From positions 3,615 to 67,614 of the forward strand of contig MHJU01000036.1 in assembly GCA_001818155.1 (NCBI GenBank): DNA of 64,000 bases. The letters run 5' to 3'. Numbering within the stretch: position 1 is the stretch's first letter; each line of letters opens with the position of its first letter. This document shows positions 1 to 8,747 of this stretch, piece after piece. The position numbers and the translations under genes were made by a program. The notes beneath the pieces were generated by a model. That model did no database searches, was not told where the DNA came from, and saw nothing but the letters and a program-made list of their open reading frames with translations. Source of the DNA: Candidatus Jacksonbacteria bacterium RIFCSPLOWO2_02_FULL_44_20. GTDB taxonomy: Bacteria; Patescibacteriota; Patescibacteriia; UBA9629.

Positions 1-903
1 GTAAGGTTAATCTCCGAAAGCTGTTTTTTGATCCGTTCAATATCCGCCTCCGGCTTGTCAATTTTATTGATTGCGACAATAAGCGCTAGCTTTTCGGTTT
101 GGATGACATTTATTGATTCAAGCGTTTGCGGCTGAATTTTATCGTCAGCGGAAACAACAAGGATTGCTATGTCGGCAACTCTGCCGCCTCGCCCGCGCAT
201 TTCGCGAAATGCCTCGTGCCCGGGCGTATCAATGAATGTGATCGGGCGCATGTCTCCGGTGTCCGGATCTTTCACGCGCGCTTGATACGCGCTCATGTGC
301 TGTGTGATCGCGCCTGATTCAGTGTCTGCAACGTGCGTTTTTCTGATTGTATCCAAAAGCGTCGTTTTTCCATGATCAACGTGTCCCATAACAACAACAA
401 CAGGCGGACGTAATGAAAGCGTCTCTTCTTTTTTGAGTATATCTTTGATGTCTGTTTCTTTTGAAATAGTTGCGGCCTCCGGAGCTCCGGGAGCAGTTTT
501 AACTCCAAAATCTTCAGCTACTATGTGCGCGGTTGCATAGTCTATCCTTTGATTGAAGGCTGCCATCACGCCCTCTTGCATGAGTTTAATGATGACTTTT
601 GAAACGTCAATCTTGATGCGTTTTGCAAAATCAGCAACTGTTATTGTAGGCGGAATTTGGATTGGCTGATTTTCCGCATTTTCTTGTTCTGTCGCTGTTT
701 CCGATTGCGCTTGCATGGACGCGATTTTTTGCTTTAGCCGTTCGCGTTTTTGATATTGATTCCATGCGGAAACGATTGCGTCCACCTGCGAGCCGTCAAT
801 TTGAATTGCGTGTTCACCAACGGCAAATCCCATGAGCGGAAGTTTTTCAAGCAAAATGTTCGGCTCGGTTTTTAATTGTCGCGCAAGGTCGGAGACGTTC
901 ATA
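1..903 (-). CDS. infB: Translation initiation factor IF-2, partial. N-terminal start at 903; the C-terminus runs past the window start.
   Basis: The minus-strand translation contains the GTPase motifs GHVDHGKTTLLD and DTPGHEAF and the NKID motif. An ATG (cat on the plus strand) sits at 901-903, and the frame has no stop down to position 1. Confidence 0.85.
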
Positions 904-987
904 TTTATTAACCTACCAGTTTTTTATGGCTTGGTCAATCAGTTGAACTTGCAAAAAATCGTGAATCTTTCTACAATGCGGGCAGTT

Positions 988-1061
988 GCGGGTATCGTAT
1001 AATGGTAATACCACAGCTTTCCAAGCTGTTGCCGGGGGTTCGATTCCCCCTACCCGCTCCA
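988..1061 (+). tRNA. tRNA-Gly(TCC)
   Basis: Cloverleaf with acceptor gcgggta/tacccgc, anticodon stem acagc/gctgt, loop tttccaa (anticodon TCC), T-loop ttcgatt, and an encoded CCA. Confidence 0.85.
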
Positions 1062-1086
1062 AAACCATTATTGAAAAACGAAAACA

Positions 1087-1115
1087 TTGACACTAATAGC
1101 TCATCAAACTATACT
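1087..1115 (+). promoter_or_regulatory. Sigma70-like promoter: TTGACA, 17-nt spacer, TATACT. It ends about 9 nt before the hicB ATG, so the transcript is probably leaderless.
   Basis: ttgaca at 1087-1092 and tatact at 1110-1115 with an exact 17-nt spacer; the ATG is at 1125. Confidence 0.4.
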
Positions 1116-1124
1116 TCATTTATT

Positions 1125-1391
1125 ATGAACACATATACTTTCCGAGTCATTATTGAACCAGACGAAAATAATACATTTCACGGTTATGTGCCTCTGCTTC
1201 CAGGTTGTCACACGTGGGGGGAGACGATTGAGGAAACAAAAATAAACGCTCGCGAAGCGATTCTCTGCCATATACAAGGGCTGATAATGGATAATGAACC
1301 AGTCCCGCAGGAAACAGAAATAATTGAGTTAATCCAGACAATCTCTGATGCTGAATGGGTAAAAGAGCAACCCGTTCTCATCCCTGCATAG
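1125..1391 (+). CDS. hicB: HicB-family antitoxin (UPF0150-like)
   Basis: MNTYTFRVIIEPDENNTFHGYVPLLPGCHTWGETIEETKINAREAIL matches the HicB/UPF0150 pattern. I trimmed the track ORF 1002..1391 because its N-terminus overlaps tRNA-Gly. Confidence 0.7.
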   Translation: MNTYTFRVIIEPDENNTFHGYVPLLPGCHTWGETIEETKINAREAILCHIQGLIMDNEPVPQETEIIELIQTISDAEWVKEQPVLIPA

Positions 1392-1449
1392 TGCATAGAG
1401 TGAAAAGATATAAAAAATGGAAAGTAGTAAATATCTTTTTTAGTTTTTC

Positions 1450-1478
1450 TTGACATCTATTTTATTTTACTTTAGGAT
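1450..1478 (+). promoter_or_regulatory. Sigma70-like promoter: TTGACA, 17-nt spacer, TAGGAT, immediately upstream of ORF 1485, probably leaderless.
   Basis: ttgaca at 1450-1455 and taggat at 1473-1478; the ATG is at 1485. Confidence 0.3.
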
Positions 1479-1484
1479 AGATGC

Positions 1485-1883
1485 ATGATAAACTTTGATC
1501 CACAAAAACTTAATCAAAGACTCCAAGAGATAAAAGATTTGGAAAAGAAAAAAGCTGAAATAGAAGCAAGATTAGCTTTAATTACTGGGTTAATTCAAGA
1601 GACCGACCCTTTACCTAAAGGCTTTGACTATAGGGAAACTATTCTAAAAATTTTTGAAGACGCTTCTGATATGGACTTAAATATTGATGATGTTACAAAA
1701 CAAATCACAATAAAATATAACTTTCGTGTAGATAGAAAAGCTGTAGCAAATCGAATTAATTATCTTACGGATCGCGATAAAAAACTTCAACGTATTAAAG
1801 GTAAAAGAGGATTTTACAGACTTTTTGAGAAAGAAAGGGAGCAAGAAGAGATAAATGAATATCAAATCAAACAGGCTATGTAA
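1485..1883 (+). CDS. Hypothetical protein of 132 aa, AT-rich, probably coiled-coil.
   Basis: Complete ORF with GC near 32 percent, against roughly 45-50 percent in its neighbours. It has its own promoter and a downstream hairpin terminator. I recognise no family. Confidence 0.5.
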   Translation: MINFDPQKLNQRLQEIKDLEKKKAEIEARLALITGLIQETDPLPKGFDYRETILKIFEDASDMDLNIDDVTKQITIKYNFRVDRKAVANRINYLTDRDKKLQRIKGKRGFYRLFEKEREQEEINEYQIKQAM

Positions 1884-1910
1884 AACCGCTACTTAAGCGG
1901 TCTTTTTGTT
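1884..1910 (+). terminator. Rho-independent terminator
   Basis: aaaaccgctacttaagcggtcttttt: stem accgct/agcggt followed by a T-run. Confidence 0.55.
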
Positions 1911-1940
1911 GCTTGTTATAATCCGATATTAACTATCGTA

Positions 1941-2165
1941 ATGACAAAATTTCCAGCCGTGAAATCGCAAAAATTAGTCAAAGCCCTGCAAAAAATGGGC
2001 TTTTTTGGATACCATCGGGTTGGAAGTCATGTTCAATTCAAGCATCTTGACGGAAGAAGGACAACTGTCCCAGTACATTCGGGTAAAGATATCCCACGCG
2101 GCACTTTGCGCGCTGTTCTCAAACAAATTAACATCTCACCTGAAGAATTTCGCGATGTCTTATGA
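1941..2165 (+). CDS. hicA: HicA-family mRNA interferase toxin
   Basis: GSHVQFKHLDGRRTTVPVHSGKDIPRGTLRAVLKQ matches the HicA/YcfA signature (GSH..F.H..G...T.P.H...dl..gtl..IlkQ). An extended -10 (tgtTATAAT, 1914-1922) lies upstream. Confidence 0.75.
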   Translation: MTKFPAVKSQKLVKALQKMGFFGYHRVGSHVQFKHLDGRRTTVPVHSGKDIPRGTLRAVLKQINISPEEFRDVL

Positions 2166-3901
2166 CACGCGCCAGAGTGATCGTAAATGGAGGGACTATG
2201 AAAAAAAAATCTACATCAGGAACAGTGCCAAACGCGCGCAACATGCGCGTCGCGTATTTTTGCATGGAGATCGGCTTACGCGCCGAGATTCCGACGTATG
2301 CCGGGGGGTTGGGAATTCTTTCCGGGGACGTACTACGAAGTTCCGCGGACTTGGAACTTGGCGTTATCGGCATTACGCTTCTTTATAAAAAGGGGTATTT
2401 CCGACAACGAATTAACGAAGAAGGCAATCAAACAGAGGAGGAGGTTTCATGGAATCCGGAGGACTATCTTGAGTTATTGCCGCAAAAAATTACTGTAACT
2501 ATTGAAGGACGCGAAGTTTTGGTGCAGGCTTGGCTTTATCGCCTTCAAGGCGTAACCGGACACATTAACCCGGTTATTTTTCTTGATACGGATCTTTCTG
2601 AAAACAGATCGGATGATCGCGCGATCACGCATTGTCTCTACGGCGGCGACTATACTTACAGACTTGCCCAAGAAATTGTACTTGGGATAGGAGGAGTTAG
2701 GATGTTGGAGGCGCTTTCTTGCACGCATATTCATAAGTATCACATGAACGAGGGGCACTCCGCGCTCCTAACGCTTGAATTGTACAGGCGCTTTGAACTG
2801 TACACTAATCCGCTCGCGCGCGTGCGGCGCCGTTGCGTGTTTACAACTCATACACCAGTTGCATCGGGTCACGATCAGTTCTCCCGCGATTTTGTTCTAC
2901 GTATAGCAGGAAGCGCGATTCCAGAGGCAATTAAAAATGAAGTGTTTACAGATAATGCGCTCAATATGACGCGATTAGGCTTGCAGATGAGCGAATACTT
3001 TAACGGCGTTGCAAAAAAACACGGCGAAATTTCGCGGCAGATGTTTCCGGGCTATCAGATAGAGTCCATCACAAACGGCATGCACGCCGGATTTTGGGCA
3101 TCAGCGGCATTTTGCAAACTCTTTGACAAATATCTTCCGGGCTGGGCCGCTGATCCTTATAGTTTGCGCTATGTGTTAAGCATTCCTGGGCAGGAGTTAT
3201 GGAGAGCGCACATGGACTCAAAGACGAATTTGATCGGGCATGTTAATAAAGCTCATAATGCGCAAATGGACGCAGAGGTGTTTACAATCGGTTTTGCGCG
3301 CCGGGCAACCGCGTATAAAAGGGGCGTGATGCTTTTTTCCGATACCGAATGGTTGAAGCAGATCGCACGAAAATTCCGCGGCATACAAATTATTTACGCA
3401 GGAAGCGCTCATCCAAAAGATTACGAGGGTAAGGCCTTAATCAAACAGGTAATTCAAAAAATGCGCGAAGTTAAAGATGCGATTCGCGTCTGTTATATTG
3501 AAAATTACGACATTAATGTCGCAAAATTATTGGTCGGGGGCGTTGACCTGTGGTTAAACACCCCGATACGTCCGCAGGAGGCGTCGGGAACTTCCGGCAT
3601 GAAAGCCGCGCTAAACGGCATTCCGCATTTTTCTGTGCTTGACGGCTGGTGGCTTGAGGGGCACATTGAAAACGTTACCGGCTGGAGTATAGGCCCGCAC
3701 CCGGATCAACTACAGGGAGATGTTGATAAAGAAGATTTTGAGGACATGTATAATAAACTGGAGTACATTATTCTTCCGATTTTTTACAATCAGCGCGACG
3801 AATGGATTCGCATCATGCGCCACTCAATTGCAATTAATGGCTCGTTTTTCAACACGCATCGCATGGTTCAGCAATATGTATTGAATGCGTATTTTCAATA
3901 A
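2162..3901 (+). CDS. glgP: Alpha-glucan (glycogen/maltodextrin) phosphorylase, GT35-like.
   Basis: The N-terminus VAYFCMEIGLRAEIPTYAGGLGILSGDVLRSSADLELGVIGITLLYKKGYFRQ is typical of the archaeal/bacterial alpha-glucan phosphorylase family. The start could instead be at 2198 or 2243; the 2162 start overlaps the hicA stop. Confidence 0.8.
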   Translation: MTRARVIVNGGTMKKKSTSGTVPNARNMRVAYFCMEIGLRAEIPTYAGGLGILSGDVLRSSADLELGVIGITLLYKKGYFRQRINEEGNQTEEEVSWNPEDYLELLPQKITVTIEGREVLVQAWLYRLQGVTGHINPVIFLDTDLSENRSDDRAITHCLYGGDYTYRLAQEIVLGIGGVRMLEALSCTHIHKYHMNEGHSALLTLELYRRFELYTNPLARVRRRCVFTTHTPVASGHDQFSRDFVLRIAGSAIPEAIKNEVFTDNALNMTRLGLQMSEYFNGVAKKHGEISRQMFPGYQIESITNGMHAGFWASAAFCKLFDKYLPGWAADPYSLRYVLSIPGQELWRAHMDSKTNLIGHVNKAHNAQMDAEVFTIGFARRATAYKRGVMLFSDTEWLKQIARKFRGIQIIYAGSAHPKDYEGKALIKQVIQKMREVKDAIRVCYIENYDINVAKLLVGGVDLWLNTPIRPQEASGTSGMKAALNGIPHFSVLDGWWLEGHIENVTGWSIGPHPDQLQGDVDKEDFEDMYNKLEYIILPIFYNQRDEWIRIMRHSIAINGSFFNTHRMVQQYVLNAYFQ

Positions 3902-4824
3902 TTTTCCAAAAGTCCGCGCATAAATTGGTAGCTCCCGGCGCATGCTCGTTTTAAGCGTTTTTTGTTGATTGTTGAGATAGTAAGAGTCTGAAAGTGAGGG
4001 GCGACGACTGCGGTCCGTATGTTTTCAGTTTCTTCAATGCAATTCAGAGCCTTTTCGTATGCCTGATCGCGGTTGAAAAATGTCGCGGCAAATCGCTCTC
4101 CGTATTTTCTAAGTTCTACCGCCTCAATAAACGACGATACTCTTGATGCGCGACGCGGCCGTTCTCTTGGCCGAGTAAATAAAATCAGAATGTCTGTGCA
4201 CCCGTCATCAATAGCTTTACGGACGAGAAGATCGTTGATAGTGCCGCCGTCCAGATAGCGGTTGCCTTTTATTTCAATCGGTTTATCATAAAAAATCGGG
4301 AGCGCGCAACTTGCTTTAATTGCGGTTAAAATGGAGACATTATCGCGACTGCTTATATAATGCTGTTCGCCGGTTGTTATATCAGTTGAGGCGATTATAA
4401 GTTCAGTGGCGTTGCATTTCAACGCAGAGATGTCCAATTTTCGTTTATATTCTATAATATTTATAAGATAATCAATGTCAAATTTGGGCGGAATCCGAGC
4501 GAGATTTATGAACTTTTCTGTCGCGAGGTCTTCATAATAAATTGCTATTCCGTACGGGATTTGGCCTGACAAAAAAAAGGCGCCGCTAAGAGCGCCAGCA
4601 GAGGTTCCGTAAACAATGTCAAAAATTTCAGCGCCAAGGCTTTCGTGTAGCGCAACGAGCATGCCTCCCGCAATGATCCCGCGCATACCGCCTCCTTCAA
4701 TAATAAGCCCGAATTTTCGTCCGTCGTCCTTTGTTTCACGGCGCTTCCGCTCTTTTAATAACTCCAGCACGCCGTCCGGATTTCTGCCAAAAATCGTAAA
4801 ATTTGGGTCAGAAAATGAGCTCAT
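3895..4824 (-). CDS. Patatin-like phospholipase
   Basis: GGGMRGIIAGG (GGGxRG oxyanion motif) and GTSAGAL (GxSxG nucleophile) are present, with a DGG motif downstream. Confidence 0.75.
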   Translation of the reverse strand: MSSFSDPNFTIFGRNPDGVLELLKERKRRETKDDGRKFGLIIEGGGMRGIIAGGMLVALHESLGAEIFDIVYGTSAGALSGAFFLSGQIPYGIAIYYEDLATEKFINLARIPPKFDIDYLINIIEYKRKLDISALKCNATELIIASTDITTGEQHYISSRDNVSILTAIKASCALPIFYDKPIEIKGNRYLDGGTINDLLVRKAIDDGCTDILILFTRPRERPRRASRVSSFIEAVELRKYGERFAATFFNRDQAYEKALNCIEETENIRTAVVAPHFQTLTISTINKKRLKRACAGSYQFMRGLLENY

Positions 4825-4899
4825 ATGTGGGACAATAGCAAAACACTTGGGTTTTGTCTATCATTTACTTTTTACTATGCTTTGGTATGATATTCCGAT

Positions 4900-5478
4900 A
4901 TGAAAAATATCTGGCGCGCGATTACAATTCAGAATAAACGATTTGAAGAGGAAAGGATGAAAGCGCAGACATTGGCAGAAACGCTTCAGCGCGAAGCAAA
5001 GAAAAGCGTTCACCTTCTAGTGCATCGGCGTCTTCTAAACGTATCGGAGAAACTGCGTTTATTGAGAGAAGAGGTTGCGTGTTTGCTTGGAATGGTAAAA
5101 AAAAATCCGCTTCTCCATCATGCGCGCGCGATTGACGATGGGTTGGAAGAGTATGCGGAGTTTGTTGCGCTTGCGGTATTTTTAGAGAAAAATTCCAGTA
5201 TGGCGGCTTTCGTAAAGGGTATTTCATCCGAAGCTCTTATCGGCGGCATTGCGGACGCCACAGGAGAACTTGTGCGTATCGCGCGCGCAAAAATGGACGA
5301 GAAAGAAGGTGAAAATATCCGCGAGCATATCATTTCCGTGTACCATCATCTGCTTGATCTGCCGATTACAAGAAACGGAAAATTACGCAGTAAAACCGAG
5401 GATGTGCGTAGAAATTTATTGAGAACCGAGGAAATTTTGTTTGATATACGCATACGGGCACATAGCTCAGCTGGTTAG
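4900..5478 (+). CDS. Translin-family-like protein, tentative.
   Basis: IGGIADATGELVRIA and KLRSKTEDVRRNLLRTEEILFDI resemble translin signatures (GL.D..GEL.R and LR.K.d....l.k.E). The last 22 nt of the ORF overlap tRNA-Val, so the C-terminus is uncertain. Confidence 0.4.
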   Translation: MKNIWRAITIQNKRFEEERMKAQTLAETLQREAKKSVHLLVHRRLLNVSEKLRLLREEVACLLGMVKKNPLLHHARAIDDGLEEYAEFVALAVFLEKNSSMAAFVKGISSEALIGGIADATGELVRIARAKMDEKEGENIREHIISVYHHLLDLPITRNGKLRSKTEDVRRNLLRTEEILFDIRIRAHSSAG

Positions 5479-5532
5479 AGCGCTACGTTGACATCGTAGA
5501 GGTCCGTGGTTCGAGCCCACGTGTGCCCACCA
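5456..5532 (+). tRNA. tRNA-Val(GAC)
   Basis: Acceptor gggcaca/tgtgccc, anticodon stem ctacg/cgtag, loop ttgacat, T-loop ttcgagc, encoded CCA. Confidence 0.85.
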
Positions 5533-5547
5533 AAATTTTCCGCTTAC

Positions 5548-5623
5548 GGGCATATAGCTCAGCGGTTAGAGCACCACTCTTATAAAGTGGGGGTCGATGG
5601 TTCAAATCCATCTATGCCCACCA
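5548..5623 (+). tRNA. tRNA-Ile with a UAU anticodon (tRNA-Ile2-like body)
   Basis: Acceptor gggcata/tatgccc, anticodon stem ccact/agtgg, loop cttataa giving anticodon TAT. GTTAGAGCA in the D-arm and GGTTCAAATCC in the T-arm resemble ileX-type tRNAs. Confidence 0.7.
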
Positions 5624-5712
5624 GTGAAATAAAAATAGAAATAAAAAGAACCCGCAGAAAAACATCGGCTCGAACCATATTTTAATTTTGGGAGAAGAAA
5701 ATTTTTAATCCT

Positions 5713-6297
5713 ATGAAGAAAAGAATTTACATAGCACATGGCTGGGATGGCTATCCTGAAGAAGGTTGGTTTCCGTGGCTGAAAAAAGAGCTTGAAACAA
5801 AGGGGTTTGATATTTATGTACCACAACTTCCCGAAGCTGGAAGCCCGCGTATATACAATTGGGTTCCAAAACTTGCCGAAGTAGTCGGCACAGCTGATGA
5901 AAATACTTATTTTGTCGGACATAGTATGGGGTGCCAAACAATTGCTCGGTATCTTGAATCTTTGGCGGAGGGAGTAAAAATTGGCGGAGCAATTTTTGTC
6001 GCGGGCTTTTTCAAGCGACTTACTGGGCTTGAGGATGATCCAAACGTGCAGGAGACTGACAAACACTGGCTCGGCACTCCACTTGACCTTGCCAAGGTAA
6101 AATCTCATCTCCTAAAAAGTGTTGCCATATTTTCTGATAATGACCATTATGTACCGCTTGATAACCAAGATGATTTTCGAGATAAACTTGGCTCGAAAAT
6201 TATTATTGAGCATAAAAAAGGACATTTCAGTGGCGGAAGCGATGGCGTAACTGAATTGTCAATTGTTCTCAAATCTATACTTAAAATTGCTCAATGA
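5713..6297 (+). CDS. Alpha/beta hydrolase, RBBP9/YdeN-like serine hydrolase.
   Basis: Nucleophile elbow GHSMG, N-terminal IYIAHGWDG, and a conserved H near the C-terminus (KKGHF). Confidence 0.55.
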   Translation: MKKRIYIAHGWDGYPEEGWFPWLKKELETKGFDIYVPQLPEAGSPRIYNWVPKLAEVVGTADENTYFVGHSMGCQTIARYLESLAEGVKIGGAIFVAGFFKRLTGLEDDPNVQETDKHWLGTPLDLAKVKSHLLKSVAIFSDNDHYVPLDNQDDFRDKLGSKIIIEHKKGHFSGGSDGVTELSIVLKSILKIAQ

Positions 6298-6301
6298 AAA
6301 T

Positions 6302-6634
6302 ATGGCAACTTTTGATGATTTCCAAAAACTAGATATCCGCGTTGGCAAAATTGTTGATATTGAAGAATTGCCAAATGCGAAATATACCACGCACAAATTG
6401 ACTATTGATTTTGGTAATGAAATTGGTAAAAAAATTTCTGGCGCTCGCGTCATCCGATATACTAAAGACCAGTTGATCGGAAAACTTGTGCTTGGCGTTG
6501 TGAATTTGCCTCCGAGACAAATTGGGGAATTAAATTCTGAAAGTTTAACGCTCGGTGTACCCGACGCAAAAAAAGAATGTATCTTGATTTCGCCTGATAG
6601 TGTTGACGCTGTGATAGGTGGTAATCTTTATTAA
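6302..6634 (+). CDS. csaA: tRNA-binding protein (CsaA/Trbp111, EMAP/Myf-like domain).
   Basis: MATFDDFQKLDIRVGKIVDIEELPNAKY...KLTIDFG is the canonical tRNA-binding OB-fold N-terminus. I set the start at the ATG at 6302. Confidence 0.7.
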   Translation: MATFDDFQKLDIRVGKIVDIEELPNAKYTTHKLTIDFGNEIGKKISGARVIRYTKDQLIGKLVLGVVNLPPRQIGELNSESLTLGVPDAKKECILISPDSVDAVIGGNLY

Positions 6635-6795
6635 AGCCGCCAAAGAAAAACTTGTCCCCGTTTTGTCTGAGCGAAGCGAAGTTACAAAACGCAATCCCGC
6701 CTTCAAACAAAAACATAAAATAATGGCGGGGAAATTGTCAACTGCACCAATATCAAACTTTCCGATTTTTGCCCGACCGATTCGACAACTTGAAT

Positions 6796-7104
6796 ATGAA
6801 TAACTATAACGGCGTTATCATTGAGGAATCTCTGGAAAATACCGACGTTCTAAAAAAAGTAAAAATTCTCTCAACAAAAGTTGAAGAAATTACAGACGCA
6901 CATAAAACACCGTGGATTGCAATATGGACTTTACACACTGTAGAAATTCCGGAAAACGAAGCGCAAAATTTAGCTGAAGAAATAAGCAGATCAGAAGAAT
7001 ATAACAAGGCAAAACACTACGGAATTTCACTTGGAATACCAAAATTCCAGTTGGATTTCGCGCCGGGGGATAAAATTTGGGATTTGAAGAGCGAAAAAAA
7101 TTGA
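6796..7104 (+). CDS. Hypothetical protein
   Basis: ORF of about 100 aa in the same orientation as its neighbours; no recognisable motifs. Confidence 0.35.
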   Translation: MNNYNGVIIEESLENTDVLKKVKILSTKVEEITDAHKTPWIAIWTLHTVEIPENEAQNLAEEISRSEEYNKAKHYGISLGIPKFQLDFAPGDKIWDLKSEKN

Positions 7105-7113
7105 GAATAAACT

Positions 7114-7878
7114 TTGCTTAAACCTGTACTCCTACAATTAGGGCCGGTTGCGATCCGCTGGTACGGACTATTCCTTGCAGCGGGCGCAATCGCAGGATTT
7201 TTTTACGCGCAATGGATTGAGAAACGGCTTGGCGGAAAAATCGTAAAAGAATTGTTTCTCCCGCTCGTCCTTTTCGGACTCCTCGGCGCGCGGCTATATC
7301 ACGTAGTAAACGAACTTCCTTTTTATCTTGCGCATCCTGCGATGATTCCGGCGATCTGGCACGGAGGACTTGCGATTCACGGCAGTATAATCGCGGACGC
7401 GCTGTATCTTTGGCATTACTCCTCCCGAAAGCGCGTTTCGTTTTTACGTCTTGCAGATATTCTTATGCCGTCGCTTCTCCTAGGACAGGCAATCGGCAGA
7501 TGGGGTAATTTTTTTAACCAGGAATTGTTCGGCCGCCCCACATCGCTCCCGTGGGGAATTTTTATTGAGCCCGCAAATCGCCCGGAAACGTTTGGCGCGT
7601 TTACGCATTTTCATCCGACGTTTCTCTATGAATCGCTGTGGAATTTATTTATCGCGGCACTAATCGCTCTATGGATAAAAAAACGACCCACTAAAAAAAG
7701 TGGAATCGTTTTTACGTTCTCGCTAATCGGATCTGGAATCGGAAGAATATTCACTGAACTTCTGCGAATTGACGCGGTTCCGATTGTCTCTGGCATACGA
7801 CTGCCGTTAATTGTTTCTGCTGTAATTTTCTGCGGCGGAGTGATGATGCTTGGTATTATTATGCGCGCCAAGCAGTGA
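7114..7878 (+). CDS. lgt: Prolipoprotein diacylglyceryl transferase
   Basis: Lgt signature GRWGNFFNQELFGRPTSLPWG, multiple TM segments, TTG start. Confidence 0.8.
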   Translation: MLKPVLLQLGPVAIRWYGLFLAAGAIAGFFYAQWIEKRLGGKIVKELFLPLVLFGLLGARLYHVVNELPFYLAHPAMIPAIWHGGLAIHGSIIADALYLWHYSSRKRVSFLRLADILMPSLLLGQAIGRWGNFFNQELFGRPTSLPWGIFIEPANRPETFGAFTHFHPTFLYESLWNLFIAALIALWIKKRPTKKSGIVFTFSLIGSGIGRIFTELLRIDAVPIVSGIRLPLIVSAVIFCGGVMMLGIIMRAKQ

Positions 7879-8108
7879 ACTCTTATACCGCCCCTCTGAC
7901 TTGTTAAGGGTCGTTCTCGTCGCCAAGCGTGGCTTCGTCCACAAACGGAAGCGCGGCGATTCGCGCTAATCTCGTTCACAATAGTTGCATCGCGCAATGA
8001 CTCGCTCGCCTCCTCTAACCTATGAGTAGATTTTCTTTTTCTCGTCTTCGTGGTAATGCTCCAGCAACTGCCAGCCGCAATCTCCGGCTACGATGTGGCG
8101 CCTTCCAA

Positions 8109-8747
8109 TCAACTCACCTTTACATCAAGCCCATTCCGCCAGCCGATGTATTTTACCGCAACATGCAGTAGTCCGCCCATAACTAAAGACAATAAGATAA
8201 CGCTTTTATTTAGATGAATGAATGGAAGGAGAACAAAGTAAAGTCCTAAAATCCAGTCAATTTGATCGGCAACAAGAAATGGGCGGCCGGGCGCAATCGC
8301 AAGACGGCGTTTTATAAAACTTTTCGCAAGATCTCCAAAAAGCGCGCCAAACCCCATAACAAACCCCAAAAACCATGGGGCTTTTTTATAATCAAAAAGT
8401 TCAAGAGCGGAAAAAAACGGCGAGGACGAAAGAGACCGTTGCAGAAAAAAAACCGCTCCGCCGGCAATTATTCCTGTAATAAGCCCGCGCCAAGTTTTAT
8501 GATCGCCAAAGATGCGGACGTTGCGCCATGAGTTTCCGAAATCAACCGGTAGCCGCCACTTGGGGAAGAGACGCGCTGAAAGAGCCGCAGTTATATTTGC
8601 CGATCCTGACGGAAGAATAAACCACGCAATTTGCGCTAAAAACAACATAGAATTATTGGGAATGCGCGCGAACAGCGCCGATAAGATCATTAATATCGTT
8701 GACGCTATTTTCGCGCATATATTGTTCAATTCCTTCCAAAACGTCAA
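8109..8747 (-). CDS. CDP-archaeol synthase-like (CarS/DUF46) CTP-transferase membrane protein.
   Basis: GDHKTWRG and GDLAKSFIKRRLAIAPGRPFLVADQIDW resemble the CarS/CdsA catalytic region. The 5' 95 nt overlap the pyrD stop, so the true start is probably an internal Met near 8651 or 8690. Confidence 0.5.
   Translation of the reverse strand: MTFWKELNNICAKIASTILMILSALFARIPNNSMLFLAQIAWFILPSGSANITAALSARLFPKWRLPVDFGNSWRNVRIFGDHKTWRGLITGIIAGGAVFFLQRSLSSSPFFSALELFDYKKAPWFLGFVMGFGALFGDLAKSFIKRRLAIAPGRPFLVADQIDWILGLYFVLLPFIHLNKSVILLSLVMGGLLHVAVKYIGWRNGLDVKVS

Noticed and set aside
1002-1124. N-terminal extension of the track ORF 1002..1391
   Set aside because: It overlaps tRNA-Gly (988..1061). The HicB domain begins at the Met at 1125, directly behind a consensus promoter.
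2005-2388. 127-aa plus-strand ORF overlapping hicA and glgP in another frame
   Set aside because: It lies entirely inside two well-supported genes, so it is an alternative-frame artifact.
7626-7997. 123-aa minus-strand ORF antisense to lgt
   Set aside because: Antisense to a well-supported gene; no motifs.
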